Of a stretch of DNA of 64,000 nt, positions 18,356-27,866 are shown piece after piece. Origin of the DNA: an uncultured Candidatus Rokubacteria bacterium. Its GTDB lineage: Bacteria; Methylomirabilota; Methylomirabilia; Rokubacteriales; DASRDR01. The stretch covers positions 1,600,001 to 1,664,000 of the forward strand of contig CAWDVE010000010.1 of the NCBI GenBank assembly GCA_963805625.1. The letters run 5' to 3'. The position numbers and the translations under genes were made by a program. The notes under the pieces were generated by a model. It did no database searches. It was not told the origin of the DNA and saw only the letters and a list, made by a program, of their open reading frames with translations. Position 1 is the first letter of the stretch. Each line of letters opens with the position of its first letter.

Positions 18356-19825
18356 ATGATCATCCACGTGAATCACATGGGACCCGGGGGATCCGGGCCC
18401 GCGGCCGTCGACGCGCGGGCCGCCGAGGTCGTCCGCACCCTCCTCGGGCTCGTCGCGGCCGGCCACGGGGATCCACGCCTCCTGCCAAGCCTCCGGGTCC
18501 ACCTGGACTGGATCCAGTACCGCGCCAACTTCCGCGAGCCGATCCTCGTCCGGCGGGCGGCCGACCGCTCCGGAGGACCGCTGGCGCTAGCGGAGCTCGC
18601 CGTGGATCTCCGCCGCGTCGACACTCACGCCCTGAGCGAGGCGCTCGCGCGGGCGCTCGGCGGAGTCGCCGACGCGCCGGAGAGCGGCCCGGACGGTGCG
18701 GCGGCTCTCGAGACGTGGACGCCCGTCCGCGACAGCGTGATCTGGCGGTTCAACCGGCTCTTCTGGCAGCGGGTCGCGGACTGGGAGGCCGCCTCGGGCC
18801 GCCGCTTCGAGGAGGCCCTCCCCAGCGGACGATCGGACGCCAGCCACCCCGAGGCGGTCGCGGACTCGGTCGCCGACTTCTGGACGCTCCTGCGCGACCT
18901 CGAGAAGAAGGGCCACCTCCCGCCCGAGATCTTCGCGCTCGAGATCGGCGTGGGCTCCGGCCAGCGCGCGGCGCTCTGGCTCGACCGGTTCCGCTCGCTC
19001 GACGAGGAGCGCGGGACGAGCTACTACCCTCGCCTCCGCTTCCTCCTGGGGGACTACTCCCTGCCCACCCTCGACCGGGCGATGGTCGCGGTCGCCGCGC
19101 ACCGGGACCTCGTGAGCGTGATCGCGCTCGACGCGCTCAACCCGCTCAAGACGCTCTCGTTCCTGCGCTACAAGATCCTCTCCATCCACCTCACGAACGT
19201 CTACGACAACCTGCCCCACGACGAGGTGGTGCGCCGCGACGGCCGGCTGTACCTGGTCGAGACCCGCGGGTACATGCCCCGCGACGCCGCGGCTCGCGTC
19301 GCCGCGATCGCCGGGTGCCCCGTCGGCGACCTCTCGCAGACCATCGAGCAGCTGCTCCGGGTCGGACCGGAGGCGCTCGGCGACCGCGCACGGGGCGTGG
19401 AGTTCTGGCGGGCCGCGTGGGACGCGCTGCGCCTGGAGGAGCGGCTGGTGGGGCTCGAGGACGTCTCCCAGGTGCCGCTGCCGCCGGGGCTCGATCAGAG
19501 CCATCTCGAGGACCTCCTGGCCGACGCGCCCGACGACGTGCGCTTTCACCTCTCGCGCGGCGCGGCCGAGAGCTTCGTCCACACCGTGCCGCTCCTGCAT
19601 CCGCGCGGATATCTGCAGGTGCAGGACATCTTCGTCGCCGACATGCACGAGTACCGGCAGGGGTTCCGGGGGCCAGGAAAGCTCGACGGCTCGGTGGTGA
19701 ACTGGGTCAACGGCGCCCTGCTGCGCGCCATCGGCGCGCGGACGGGGTTCGACGTGCACTTCGCGCCGTTCCGCTATCGCCCGGGGTCGCGGACGTCGAT
19801 CCTCTACACGACACCGCGTGAGTGA
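18356..19825 (+). CDS. Uncharacterised protein with MidA/NDUFAF7-like class I SAM methyltransferase fold
   Basis: FALEIGVGSG motif I, LLGDYS, LTNVYDNLP (cf. MidA NELFDALP); unassigned N-terminal ~110 aa. Confidence 0.65.
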   Translation: MIIHVNHMGPGGSGPAAVDARAAEVVRTLLGLVAAGHGDPRLLPSLRVHLDWIQYRANFREPILVRRAADRSGGPLALAELAVDLRRVDTHALSEALARALGGVADAPESGPDGAAALETWTPVRDSVIWRFNRLFWQRVADWEAASGRRFEEALPSGRSDASHPEAVADSVADFWTLLRDLEKKGHLPPEIFALEIGVGSGQRAALWLDRFRSLDEERGTSYYPRLRFLLGDYSLPTLDRAMVAVAAHRDLVSVIALDALNPLKTLSFLRYKILSIHLTNVYDNLPHDEVVRRDGRLYLVETRGYMPRDAAARVAAIAGCPVGDLSQTIEQLLRVGPEALGDRARGVEFWRAAWDALRLEERLVGLEDVSQVPLPPGLDQSHLEDLLADAPDDVRFHLSRGAAESFVHTVPLLHPRGYLQVQDIFVADMHEYRQGFRGPGKLDGSVVNWVNGALLRAIGARTGFDVHFAPFRYRPGSRTSILYTTPRE

Positions 19826-19837
19826 AAGGGGTCAGGT

Positions 19838-20893
19838 GTGACGTTGTCTTCGCCAGCGGACTCCCGGCATGGCCCCGCAGTCTCGAAGTCAAAGCCTGAC
19901 CCTCCCCTGCTCACCGCCGTTATCGGGAGCTACTCCATGTCCGGCTGGCTCGAGCGGGCCAAGAACGACTACCTCCACCGTCGCCTCTCCCGGCACGACC
20001 TCGAGGAGATCCACGACGCGGCGGTCAAGGCGGCGATCAAGGACCAGGAGGCGGCCGGGGTCGACATCGTCTCCGACGGGGAGCTGCGCCGGGACAACAT
20101 GATCGACCATTTCACGACGCGGCTGCCCGGCGTGCAGATCGACCAGACGTCGAAGAAGTTCTACTACGACTTCTACGACTGCGTGGTCCGGGGTCGGCTG
20201 CCGACCGGGTCGCTCGGCCTCGTCGAGGAGTTCCGGTTTCTCCGGCGCTTCACCGAGCACCGCACCAAGGTGTCCGTGACGGGGCCGCTCTCGCTCGTCA
20301 AGCGCATCCGGAACGAGTACTACCCGAGCGAGGAGGCGCTCGCCCTCGACATCGCGCGAGTCATGAACGTCGAGCTCCGCGAGCTGGTGCGCGCGGGCGC
20401 CACGGACATCCAGGTCGACGAGCCGTACTACTCGGGGTTCCCCGAGGACCTGTCCTGGGCGGTGCGGGCGCTCAACGCCCTCGTCGAGGGGGTGGGGGCG
20501 CGGCTGTCCCTCCACGTCTGCTACGGGAACCGATACGGGAAGCCGTCCTGGGAGGGCAGCTACCGCTACCTGTTCCCGGCGATCCTCGACGCCCGCATCC
20601 ACCAGCTGACGCTCGAGTTCGCCCGGCGGGGCGAGGACGACGTCCGGCTCTTCAAGGACTTCGACCCCCAGTTCACGCTCGGGCTCGGCGTCGTCGACGT
20701 CAAGAGCCACGACATCGAGACGCCGGCCGTCGTCGCCGAGCGCATTCGAGCCGCCCTCGAGCTCGTGCCCGCCAAGGGGCTCGCCGTCAACCCCGACTGC
20801 GGCCTGATGCACCTTCCGCGCGACGTCGCCTTCGCGAAGCTCAACGCGATGGTGGAGGGCACTCGACTCGTGCGGGCGGAGCTCGGCGCCTGA
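19838..20893 (+). CDS. Core (single-barrel) cobalamin-independent methionine synthase
   Basis: TAVIGSY, DIVSDGELRR, TGPLSL, IQVDEP, Zn ligands HVCYGN / LEFA / NPDCG. Confidence 0.88.
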   Translation: MTLSSPADSRHGPAVSKSKPDPPLLTAVIGSYSMSGWLERAKNDYLHRRLSRHDLEEIHDAAVKAAIKDQEAAGVDIVSDGELRRDNMIDHFTTRLPGVQIDQTSKKFYYDFYDCVVRGRLPTGSLGLVEEFRFLRRFTEHRTKVSVTGPLSLVKRIRNEYYPSEEALALDIARVMNVELRELVRAGATDIQVDEPYYSGFPEDLSWAVRALNALVEGVGARLSLHVCYGNRYGKPSWEGSYRYLFPAILDARIHQLTLEFARRGEDDVRLFKDFDPQFTLGLGVVDVKSHDIETPAVVAERIRAALELVPAKGLAVNPDCGLMHLPRDVAFAKLNAMVEGTRLVRAELGA

Positions 20894-20986
20894 GCCCACC
20901 CCCATCACAGGCAAGGGGCCGTCCGGTCAGAGCTGTGAGCCACACGCCGAAGGACGTCTGATCAACGAGTCGTCCGGCAGGGTGGC

Positions 20987-22540
20987 GTGGTGAGCCCCGC
21001 CCCGGCGACGCCCGGACCGCCCAACCCGCTCGCCGAGGCGCTCGGCTCCGGCCGCTTCTGCTACGTGGTCGAGCTGGTCGCCTCCGGGCTCCAGCGCGAG
21101 GCGAAGCTCCTCGAGGTGGCCTCGCGGCTGGCGCGGGTCCCGGATGTCGTCGCCGGCAGCATCACGAGCTACGCCGGCGGCGCGATGGGACACGATCCGA
21201 TGCGGGTGGGCACCGCCGCGCGGGCGCGGGGGCTCACGCCCAACGTCCACGTCACGTGCGTCGGACAGGACCGCGCGGGCATCCGGAAGACGCTGGAGGA
21301 CCTCCAGGCGCTCGGCATCGAGAACGTCTTCGCGCTCACCGGCGACTGGCCGCGGGCGCGGCCCGGCGGTCCCCCGCCCGAATCTCCCGTCTTCGACCTC
21401 GATTCCGTCCACCTGGTCCATCTGATCGACGAGCTGCGCCGGTCGGGCCGGCCCTTCCACGTCGCGGTCGCCGTGTCCCCGTTCAAGTACATGGAGGGCG
21501 ACTGCGTCTGGCAGTACGTGAAGCTCGAGAAGAAGGTCGCCGCCGGCGCCGACTGCGCGATCACGCAGGTGGGGTGGGACTCGGAGAAGTTCCGGGAGCT
21601 CAAGCGCTATCTCGAGGAGCGCGGTCTCCGGACCCCGGTGCTCGGCAACGTCTACGTCCTGGGTCCGCGCGCCGCCGAGCGGATGGCGCGAGGCGAGCCG
21701 CCGGGGTGCTGGGTGTCCCCGGAGCTTCTCCAGATCGTGCGGCAGGAAGCGCGGGGCAAGGACGGCGGGCTCCGGGCCCGCCTCGAGCGCGCCGCGCGCA
21801 CGGTCGCAGTGCTACGCGGGCTCGGGTACGCCGGCGCCTACCTCGGCGGCACGCACGACGCCGACCACGTCGCCTGGATCATCCGGCGAGCGCGGGACCT
21901 CGCGCCGAGGTGGGAGGAGCTGGCGGGGGAGCTCCGCTACGGCGCGGCGGGCGGCTTCTACCTCTACGGCCGGCCGCCGGCCCGGACCGTGGTCCCGGTG
22001 GACGGCGCTCGGCCGGCGTCGCCGGAGCCGGTCCCGGGCTCGAAGCGCCTGGCCGTCCCCACGGACGAGGAGGCAGCGTGGCGTCGCGGAATCGCCCGCC
22101 TGCTCGACGGCCTGGGCCGGCTGTTCCCGGTCACGCGAGATACGGTGCTCCGGCGGGTGCTCGCCGGCCTGGCCAGCTGGGCGGACCGACGTCCGGGCAT
22201 CGCTCAGGCCGTCGAGAAGCTCGAGCTGGCGGTCAAGCAGCCGCTCTTCGGGTGCCAGGCCTGCGGCAACTGCGTCCTGGGCCACCTCGAGTACGTGTGC
22301 CCGGAGACCTGCCCCAAGCACCTCCGGAACGGCCCCTGCGGCGGGACCTACCTCGGGCACTGCGAGGTGGTCGACCAGCCGTGTGTGTGGGTCGGCGTCC
22401 ACGCGCGCGCCCACGCCGCGGGTCGCGAGCGGGATCTCAGCGTCTACGTCCCGCCGCCTGACCGCACGCTCCGGGGCACCAGCTCCTGGATCAACTACCT
22501 CCTCGACCGCGACAGCCGTCCCCGCACGAAGCTTCTTTGA
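20987..22540 (+). CDS. metF: Methylenetetrahydrofolate reductase with C-terminal Cys-rich MTHFR_C (MetV-like) domain
   Basis: HVTCVGQDR, FALTGD, KLEKKVAAGADCAITQ; C-terminal CQACGNC..CPETCPKHLRNGPCGG..CEV..CVW. Confidence 0.85.
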   Translation: MVSPAPATPGPPNPLAEALGSGRFCYVVELVASGLQREAKLLEVASRLARVPDVVAGSITSYAGGAMGHDPMRVGTAARARGLTPNVHVTCVGQDRAGIRKTLEDLQALGIENVFALTGDWPRARPGGPPPESPVFDLDSVHLVHLIDELRRSGRPFHVAVAVSPFKYMEGDCVWQYVKLEKKVAAGADCAITQVGWDSEKFRELKRYLEERGLRTPVLGNVYVLGPRAAERMARGEPPGCWVSPELLQIVRQEARGKDGGLRARLERAARTVAVLRGLGYAGAYLGGTHDADHVAWIIRRARDLAPRWEELAGELRYGAAGGFYLYGRPPARTVVPVDGARPASPEPVPGSKRLAVPTDEEAAWRRGIARLLDGLGRLFPVTRDTVLRRVLAGLASWADRRPGIAQAVEKLELAVKQPLFGCQACGNCVLGHLEYVCPETCPKHLRNGPCGGTYLGHCEVVDQPCVWVGVHARAHAAGRERDLSVYVPPPDRTLRGTSSWINYLLDRDSRPRTKLL

Positions 22541-22552
22541 CGTGGAGGCGCG

Positions 22553-23260
22553 TCATTTGACGAACAGGGGGCTTCCGACCACAGTTACAGCCTCCGCGCG
22601 CGCCCTGGTCATGTCCGAGAAGGCCCTGTCGAGATCGGCGGGACCCCGCGCCTCAACGACTTGAAGTCGCACCCCCAGCGCCCGCGCCGCGACTTCTGCT
22701 TCCTTCAGCATGTCCTTCTCCGTGCGTTCGCCGGAGCCACCTGGCTGCCAGAGGACAGCAACCCGACTCACCCCCGGAACGGCCTGCCTGAGCAGGTCCA
22801 GAGACTTGCCGGGCAACCCCAGGGCGAGGTTGGACAACCCCGTGACATTGCCGCCCGGCCGCGCAAGGCTGGTGACGAGCCCGTCCGTAACCGGATCAAC
22901 AGCACCAGCGAAGACGATGGGGACGGTCCTGGTCGCGTGCTTGGCGGCCTGAGCGGCGACGGTACTTGGGGCCACAATGACATCAACCTCGAGGGCAACC
23001 AGTTCGGCTGCAAGAGCCGGGAGCCGCTCGGGCTTTCCCTCGGCATCTCGGTATTCGATCACGAGGTTGCGGCTCTCGACGTAGCCAAGGTCACGCAACC
23101 CTTGGACGAAGAAGGTCTCTAGCAGATCGCCACTAGCGGCCCGGTTTTGCGCCAGGACGCCGATTCGAGCGATCTTGGTCGCCCGCTGGGCCTCGACGGC
23201 AACTGGCGCCGCGAGGAGGCCGACACTCAGGGTGACGATGAGGATGAGTGAGGCCATCAT
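22553..23260 (-). pseudogene. ABC_sub_bind-type substrate-binding protein, C-terminally truncated
   Basis: GLRDLGYVE.RNLVIEYRDAEG, DPV..GLVTSLARPGGNVTG; ends at 235 aa just before the convergent metF end, lacking the usual last ~90 aa. Confidence 0.7.
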
Positions 23261-23520
23261 GGTTCCCCTCCGGTGCGATGCCGTGACGTCTCACCATAGC
23301 TCGGGTCCCCGCTGCCCAGCAGGCACGATTCCAGTCATCGCCCGGGAGGATTGATCTAGACTTCGGCGCGACGCGACGGCGCCGGGGGGAGCCCCCCGGG
23401 AACTTCAGCGTCTTGAACTGGGCCCACGAGAGCGGGGTGTCGTTGGAGACGTGAAGCCGGGCGCAGATCTTGGTCACGCCGAGGTCGTCCAGGAGTCTGT
23501 GGCCTCCCGGCGGGCTCGTG

Positions 23521-24612
23521 CTACGTCGCGCTACCGTCCTCGCCGACTTCCCGGGCGAACTCCCGCCGCTGCGCCTCTACCTCCGCCGGCCTCTCGGCGT
23601 AGACGTAGTCGAACATGTCGAGGGGGCGCGCCGCCTGCATGCGCGCCTCGGCGCGCTCGATGGCCGCGCGCACCTCGGCATCCACCTCCACCTCGAACCG
23701 GGCATGAAGCGCGTCATCGACGAGACCCTTCACCTCGAGATATCGGCGGAGGCGCGGGAGCGGCTCCCGCGCCTCCCACGCCTTGACCTCCGCCTCATCG
23801 CGGTACTTCTTCGGGTCGTCGGCCGTCGAGTGACCCGTCAGGCGGTACGTCACGGCCTCGATGAGCGTGGGCCCGCCGCCTTCGCGGGCGCGCGCCACCG
23901 CCTCGCGCGTGACCGCCACCATGGCCAGGAGGTCGTTCCCGTCCGCCTGCACGCCCGGGAAGCCGTAGGCGAGCGCGCGGTGCGCGAGCGTCCTCGCGCG
24001 AGTCTGCCGCGACCGCGGCATGGAGATCGCCCACTGATTATTGACGCACACGAAGACGATGGGCGCCTGGAAGACGCCCGCGAAGTTCATGGCCTCCTGG
24101 GTGATCCCCTCGGAGCTGGCCCCGTCGCCGAAGTAGCAGAGCACGACGCTGTCCTCCCGCCGGGCCCGGGCGGCACACGCCAGCCCGACCGCGTGAGGGA
24201 CGTGAGTGCCCATCGGAACGCAGACTGGGAGATCCCGGATGCCGGCGGGAACGGAAGTACCCTCCGTCAGACCCGCGTAGAGGAGGATGAGGTTCTCGAG
24301 CGGCCAGCCCCGCCAGACATAGGCGGCCCACTCGCGCCAGACGGGAACGAGCCAGTCGGTCGCGCGCAGAGGGTAGACGCTGCCGAGCACCGCAGCCTCG
24401 TGCCCGCGGGCCGGCAGGTAGGTGCCGATCCGGCCCTGTCGCTGGAGGAAGAGCATGCGCTCGTCGAACCGGCGCGCGAGGAGAAAGGTGCGGTAGAGCC
24501 GTCGCAGGTCGTCGGGGGGAATCAGCGGCTCGAGGTCACGGTCCAGCCGCCCCTCCTCGTCGAGGATCGAGAGGGCGTCGATCGGATCGAGGTCGATACG
24601 CTGGCGCGGCAT
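23521..24612 (-). CDS. pdhA: 2-oxoacid (pyruvate) dehydrogenase E1 alpha subunit
   Basis: LQRQGRIGTY, TPP motif GDGASSEG..NNQWAIS, DGND, TYRLTGHSTADDP. Confidence 0.88.
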   Translation of the reverse strand: MPRQRIDLDPIDALSILDEEGRLDRDLEPLIPPDDLRRLYRTFLLARRFDERMLFLQRQGRIGTYLPARGHEAAVLGSVYPLRATDWLVPVWREWAAYVWRGWPLENLILLYAGLTEGTSVPAGIRDLPVCVPMGTHVPHAVGLACAARARREDSVVLCYFGDGASSEGITQEAMNFAGVFQAPIVFVCVNNQWAISMPRSRQTRARTLAHRALAYGFPGVQADGNDLLAMVAVTREAVARAREGGGPTLIEAVTYRLTGHSTADDPKKYRDEAEVKAWEAREPLPRLRRYLEVKGLVDDALHARFEVEVDAEVRAAIERAEARMQAARPLDMFDYVYAERPAEVEAQRREFAREVGEDGSAT

Positions 24613-24615
24613 GCT

Positions 24616-25464
24616 CTACGGCTCGACGGGTACGTCGTCGCGACCACCCCACTCGGTCCAGGACCCGTCGTAGACGGCGACGTCCGGCCGGCCGACGAGA
24701 TCGAGCCCGAGGGCGAGGACGCAGGCCGTCACCCCGGAGCCGCACGACGTCACGATGGGCCGGTCGAGATCGACACGGGCCGCCTCGAACACCCTGCGGA
24801 GGTCGTCCCGCGGGAGCAACGTCCCGTCCGGCCGGAAGAGCCGATCGTAGGGCACGTTCAGGCTCCCGGGGATGTGCCCCCCGCGGAGGCCGGGACGCGG
24901 TTCGGGCTCGGTCCCCGCGAAGCGGCCGGCCGATCGGGCGTCCACGACCTGCGCGAGCCCTGTCGTGAGGTTTCTGCGCACGCCATCGAGGTCGGTCACC
25001 AGCTCTGGATGGAGGCGCGGCGTGAAGTGGCGGCGCACCGGGCTCGGCTCTCCCGCCTCGACAGGCCGGCCCTCCTCCCGCCATCGTGGGAAGCCACCGT
25101 CGAGGATGGCCACGCGCTCGTGTCCAAACACGCGGAAGGTCCACCACACGCGCGCCGAGGCGGACAGGTACTTCCCGGCGTAGACGACCACCCGGTCACC
25201 ATCACCGATCCCCAGGGCACCCACCGCCTGACCGAATGTGACCGCATCGGGCAGCATGTGGGGGAGCCCTGACGTCCGATCGGAGATCGCGTCGATGTCG
25301 AAGTAGACGGCGCCGGGGACGTGGGCCTGGCCGAACTCCGACCGCGCGTCGCGCTTGAGGGTGGGCAGGTACCAGGTCGCGTCAACGACCCGGAGGCCCG
25401 CCTCGCCGAGGTGCTCGGCGAGCCACGCCGTGCTCACCAGCGGGCCAAAGCTCGCGTCCATCAT
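24616..25464 (-). CDS. sseA: 3-mercaptopyruvate sulfurtransferase (tandem rhodanese)
   Basis: HVPGAVYFDID, LPHMLP, RVWW, RGGHIPGS, active site CGSGVTAC, YDGSWTEW. Confidence 0.92.
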   Translation of the reverse strand: MMDASFGPLVSTAWLAEHLGEAGLRVVDATWYLPTLKRDARSEFGQAHVPGAVYFDIDAISDRTSGLPHMLPDAVTFGQAVGALGIGDGDRVVVYAGKYLSASARVWWTFRVFGHERVAILDGGFPRWREEGRPVEAGEPSPVRRHFTPRLHPELVTDLDGVRRNLTTGLAQVVDARSAGRFAGTEPEPRPGLRGGHIPGSLNVPYDRLFRPDGTLLPRDDLRRVFEAARVDLDRPIVTSCGSGVTACVLALGLDLVGRPDVAVYDGSWTEWGGRDDVPVEP

Positions 25465-25561
25465 GGTCTACGTTTCCCGGCACGACGGGTCACGGTTCGA
25501 TTATGGCACGCTGCGCGGGTGCACCGGGGTTCCCGCGAGGCCGACGCGGACAACGGCAGCC

Positions 25562-26236
25562 CTACTCGGCCGGCTCGGCGTGGAGCAGGCCTCCAAACAT
25601 CCGGCGACCCAGCTCGAACGCCTCGGCGAGAACGAGCCCCGCCCCGTCACCGTCCGGCGTGTCGCGGCGCCACTCCGCGAGCTCCTCTTCCGACCGGAAG
25701 AAGTTGAGGCGGGTTCAGAGGAAGCTCGAGAGCCGGTCGCCACCCCATCGGCTCCGCTCGACCCACGTGAGGCTTCCGGAGGGCGCCCGGCAGGGACCGG
25801 CCACCGGATCGACGTCGAAGACCAGTGGCGCACCGCTCCGGTGGCAGCGCGACCGGAGCGTCACCGGGCTCCCCACCATCGGCGCCACGCCGAGGGCGTC
25901 GATCGCACAGCACGCGTAGCGCGCCCGGCCACCAGGAAGCACCACCTCGAAGTCGTTCCGCTCGGCGGTGAACGGGTACGCGAGCGTGACCTGGTCTCCG
26001 TCCAGCCCGATCAGGTCCGCGGCATCAAGCGCCGCCGCTCGCGCCCGGAGAGCTTCCGGCGTGAGTCCCGGGATGGCCCGCGACGCCGCCTCGAGGGCAA
26101 CCGGTCCGCCGGCCGCGACGAACTCCCGCCAGATGGCCCGGAGCAGCGGATCATCCCGTTGCGCCCGCCGAGCCGCCCACTCCCCCGCCCGCTCGGGCGT
26201 GAGGATCTCGGCAGCGGTCCGGATCTCGACTCTCAC
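25562..26236 (-). CDS. MerB-like organomercurial/organometallic lyase; probable selenoprotein
   Basis: AYPF..YACCAIDALG..SRCHRSG, then SSFL-TGA(25715-25717)-TRLNFFRSEEELAEW..EAFELGRRMFGGLL to TAG at 25562; GTGA overlap with anti-sigma stop. Confidence 0.82.
25684..25703 (-). promoter_or_regulatory. Putative bacterial SECIS hairpin
   Basis: mRNA CUUCUUCC-GGUC-GGAAGAGG, 8-bp stem starting 11 nt after UGA, GGU in loop; CCGC/GCGG can form a lower stem. Confidence 0.7.
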
Positions 26237-27864
26237 GCCCCCGAGCTTCGCACGGCTCCCACCGCCCGGGCGAGCCGCCCGGCGAGCGCTCCGGCGCCGA
26301 GGCACGCCACGGCGACCCAGATCGGGCCTCCCACGAGAGGCAGGGCCGTCGCGAGCGTGACGAGGACCAGGCCGACCACCAGCGCCCGCAGCGCATCGCG
26401 CCGCGGGTTGCCGCGCGGCCGGAGCAACGCCCGCCCGAGGGCGAGGGCGACCACGATCTTGGCCGCGTAGAGACCCAGGAGGTAGAGCCCCAGGAGGACG
26501 AGCGCGAGCGGCAGGCCGACAAGGGTCACGGCGAGGAGCAGGATCAGGACGGGGCCCCCGACGAGGGTTGCCACGCCCCACCCGAGGGATCGCTTCCAGC
26601 TCCGCACCCCGTCGGCGCTCCCCACGACCAGCCCGGGCACGAGCAGGAGCCCCGCCCAGCCGAGGAGCGCCGCACCGAAGAAGCTCGTCGCCGCCCAGAA
26701 CCATACGCGCGGCTCGCCGTACCACCCGGCACCGCGCGATGCCACGCGCGTGAGCACGGGGCCCGTCACGGTCGCCCCGCCGTCGACGGTCACGGCGGAC
26801 GGCCGGACGACGTCGGCCCGGACCGTTCCCTGGAGACGCGCCGGCGCCCGCACCGCGAGCCGGTCGCCACGGAAGCGGACGTCCCGGCCGACGCGACCGC
26901 TCACCTCGGCTTCGTGGGCCAGAATCGTCACGCCGCGTCCGATCTCACCGCCGAGCGACAGACTCCGGCCGACCAGCGTGAGGTCGCCCCCGACGCTTCC
27001 CCCGGGCTCGATCACCGTCGTGCGATCGGCGGCGTAAAGCCCCCGGCCGACGCGGCCGCGGAGGATCAAGGAGCCGGCGGCGACATACACGCTGCCCTCC
27101 ACCCTGCCGGCCACCTCCACCATCCGGGCCACGACCACGAGGTCGCCACGCACCGTCCCTCGCACGTCGACGTGCGCCGCGGCGACGATCAGATCGCCAT
27201 CGATCGTCCCGTCGACGCGGACGTTCTCGGCGGCGGCGACCAGCGTCCCGTCGAGCGTCTCGCTCACCCCGATCGCCACGTCCCTCCCGCTTCGTGTCTC
27301 GAGCGCGTCGACGGGTGACGGGGCAAGCCCCGCGGCCACTCCGAGGGTCAGCGCGAGCGCCGCGACCGCGCGCGAGGGAGTCCGCCCGAGATAGAGCCCG
27401 CCGGCAAGCGCCAGCCCCATCATCGTAGCGACCGCCAGGGTCGTGAGCGCCCGCTCCAGCGCGACGGCATTCGTCACGACGAAGAGGGCGCCCTCCACGG
27501 CGAGGCCGATCCAGTCACCCATCGGCCGGCCCGGAAGGTCTCCCCATCCGGCGAGGCGCGCAAGGCCCCCGGCGCCCGCCAGCACGGCCAGGGTGAGCCC
27601 CCACGCGCCGGCCCGACGCCCGTTCGTCGCCACGCCCAGGCGTCCGAGGATCGACGCGGGCCTCACCGCGCCCACGGGCGACGGCGCGAGGGCCGTCTGC
27701 TCGCCGAGTGCCGCGCTGAGCATCCGGTTCTCGTCCCGGAGCGCCGCGACCAGCGCCCGGCAGCGCGGACACTCAGCCAAGTGAACTTCGGTGGCCCGCG
27801 TCTCCTCCGGGGACAGCTCCCCGTCCGCGTACACCGCACAGGTGAGCTCGTTCAGGCACGTCAT
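26233..27864 (-). CDS. Zinc-finger (zf-HC2) anti-sigma factor with bactofilin-like beta-helix domain and multiple TM helices
   Basis: YADGEL..HLAECPRC (HxxxCxxC); repeats VDGTIDGDL/VRGTVRGDL/VAGRVEGSV; C-terminal TLVGLPLAL TM bundle. Confidence 0.82.
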   Translation of the reverse strand: MTCLNELTCAVYADGELSPEETRATEVHLAECPRCRALVAALRDENRMLSAALGEQTALAPSPVGAVRPASILGRLGVATNGRRAGAWGLTLAVLAGAGGLARLAGWGDLPGRPMGDWIGLAVEGALFVVTNAVALERALTTLAVATMMGLALAGGLYLGRTPSRAVAALALTLGVAAGLAPSPVDALETRSGRDVAIGVSETLDGTLVAAAENVRVDGTIDGDLIVAAAHVDVRGTVRGDLVVVARMVEVAGRVEGSVYVAAGSLILRGRVGRGLYAADRTTVIEPGGSVGGDLTLVGRSLSLGGEIGRGVTILAHEAEVSGRVGRDVRFRGDRLAVRAPARLQGTVRADVVRPSAVTVDGGATVTGPVLTRVASRGAGWYGEPRVWFWAATSFFGAALLGWAGLLLVPGLVVGSADGVRSWKRSLGWGVATLVGGPVLILLLAVTLVGLPLALVLLGLYLLGLYAAKIVVALALGRALLRPRGNPRRDALRALVVGLVLVTLATALPLVGGPIWVAVACLGAGALAGRLARAVGAVRSSGA

Positions 27865-27866
27865 CG

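Noticed and set aside
22553-22555. TGA ending the truncated SBP as a third Sec codon
   Set aside because: Not at a Cys position; readthrough runs into the antisense of metF with no family similarity; no clear SECIS
25562-26236. Classical mercury-resistance (mer) operon
   Set aside because: No merA, merR, merT or merP nearby; only the MerB-like gene
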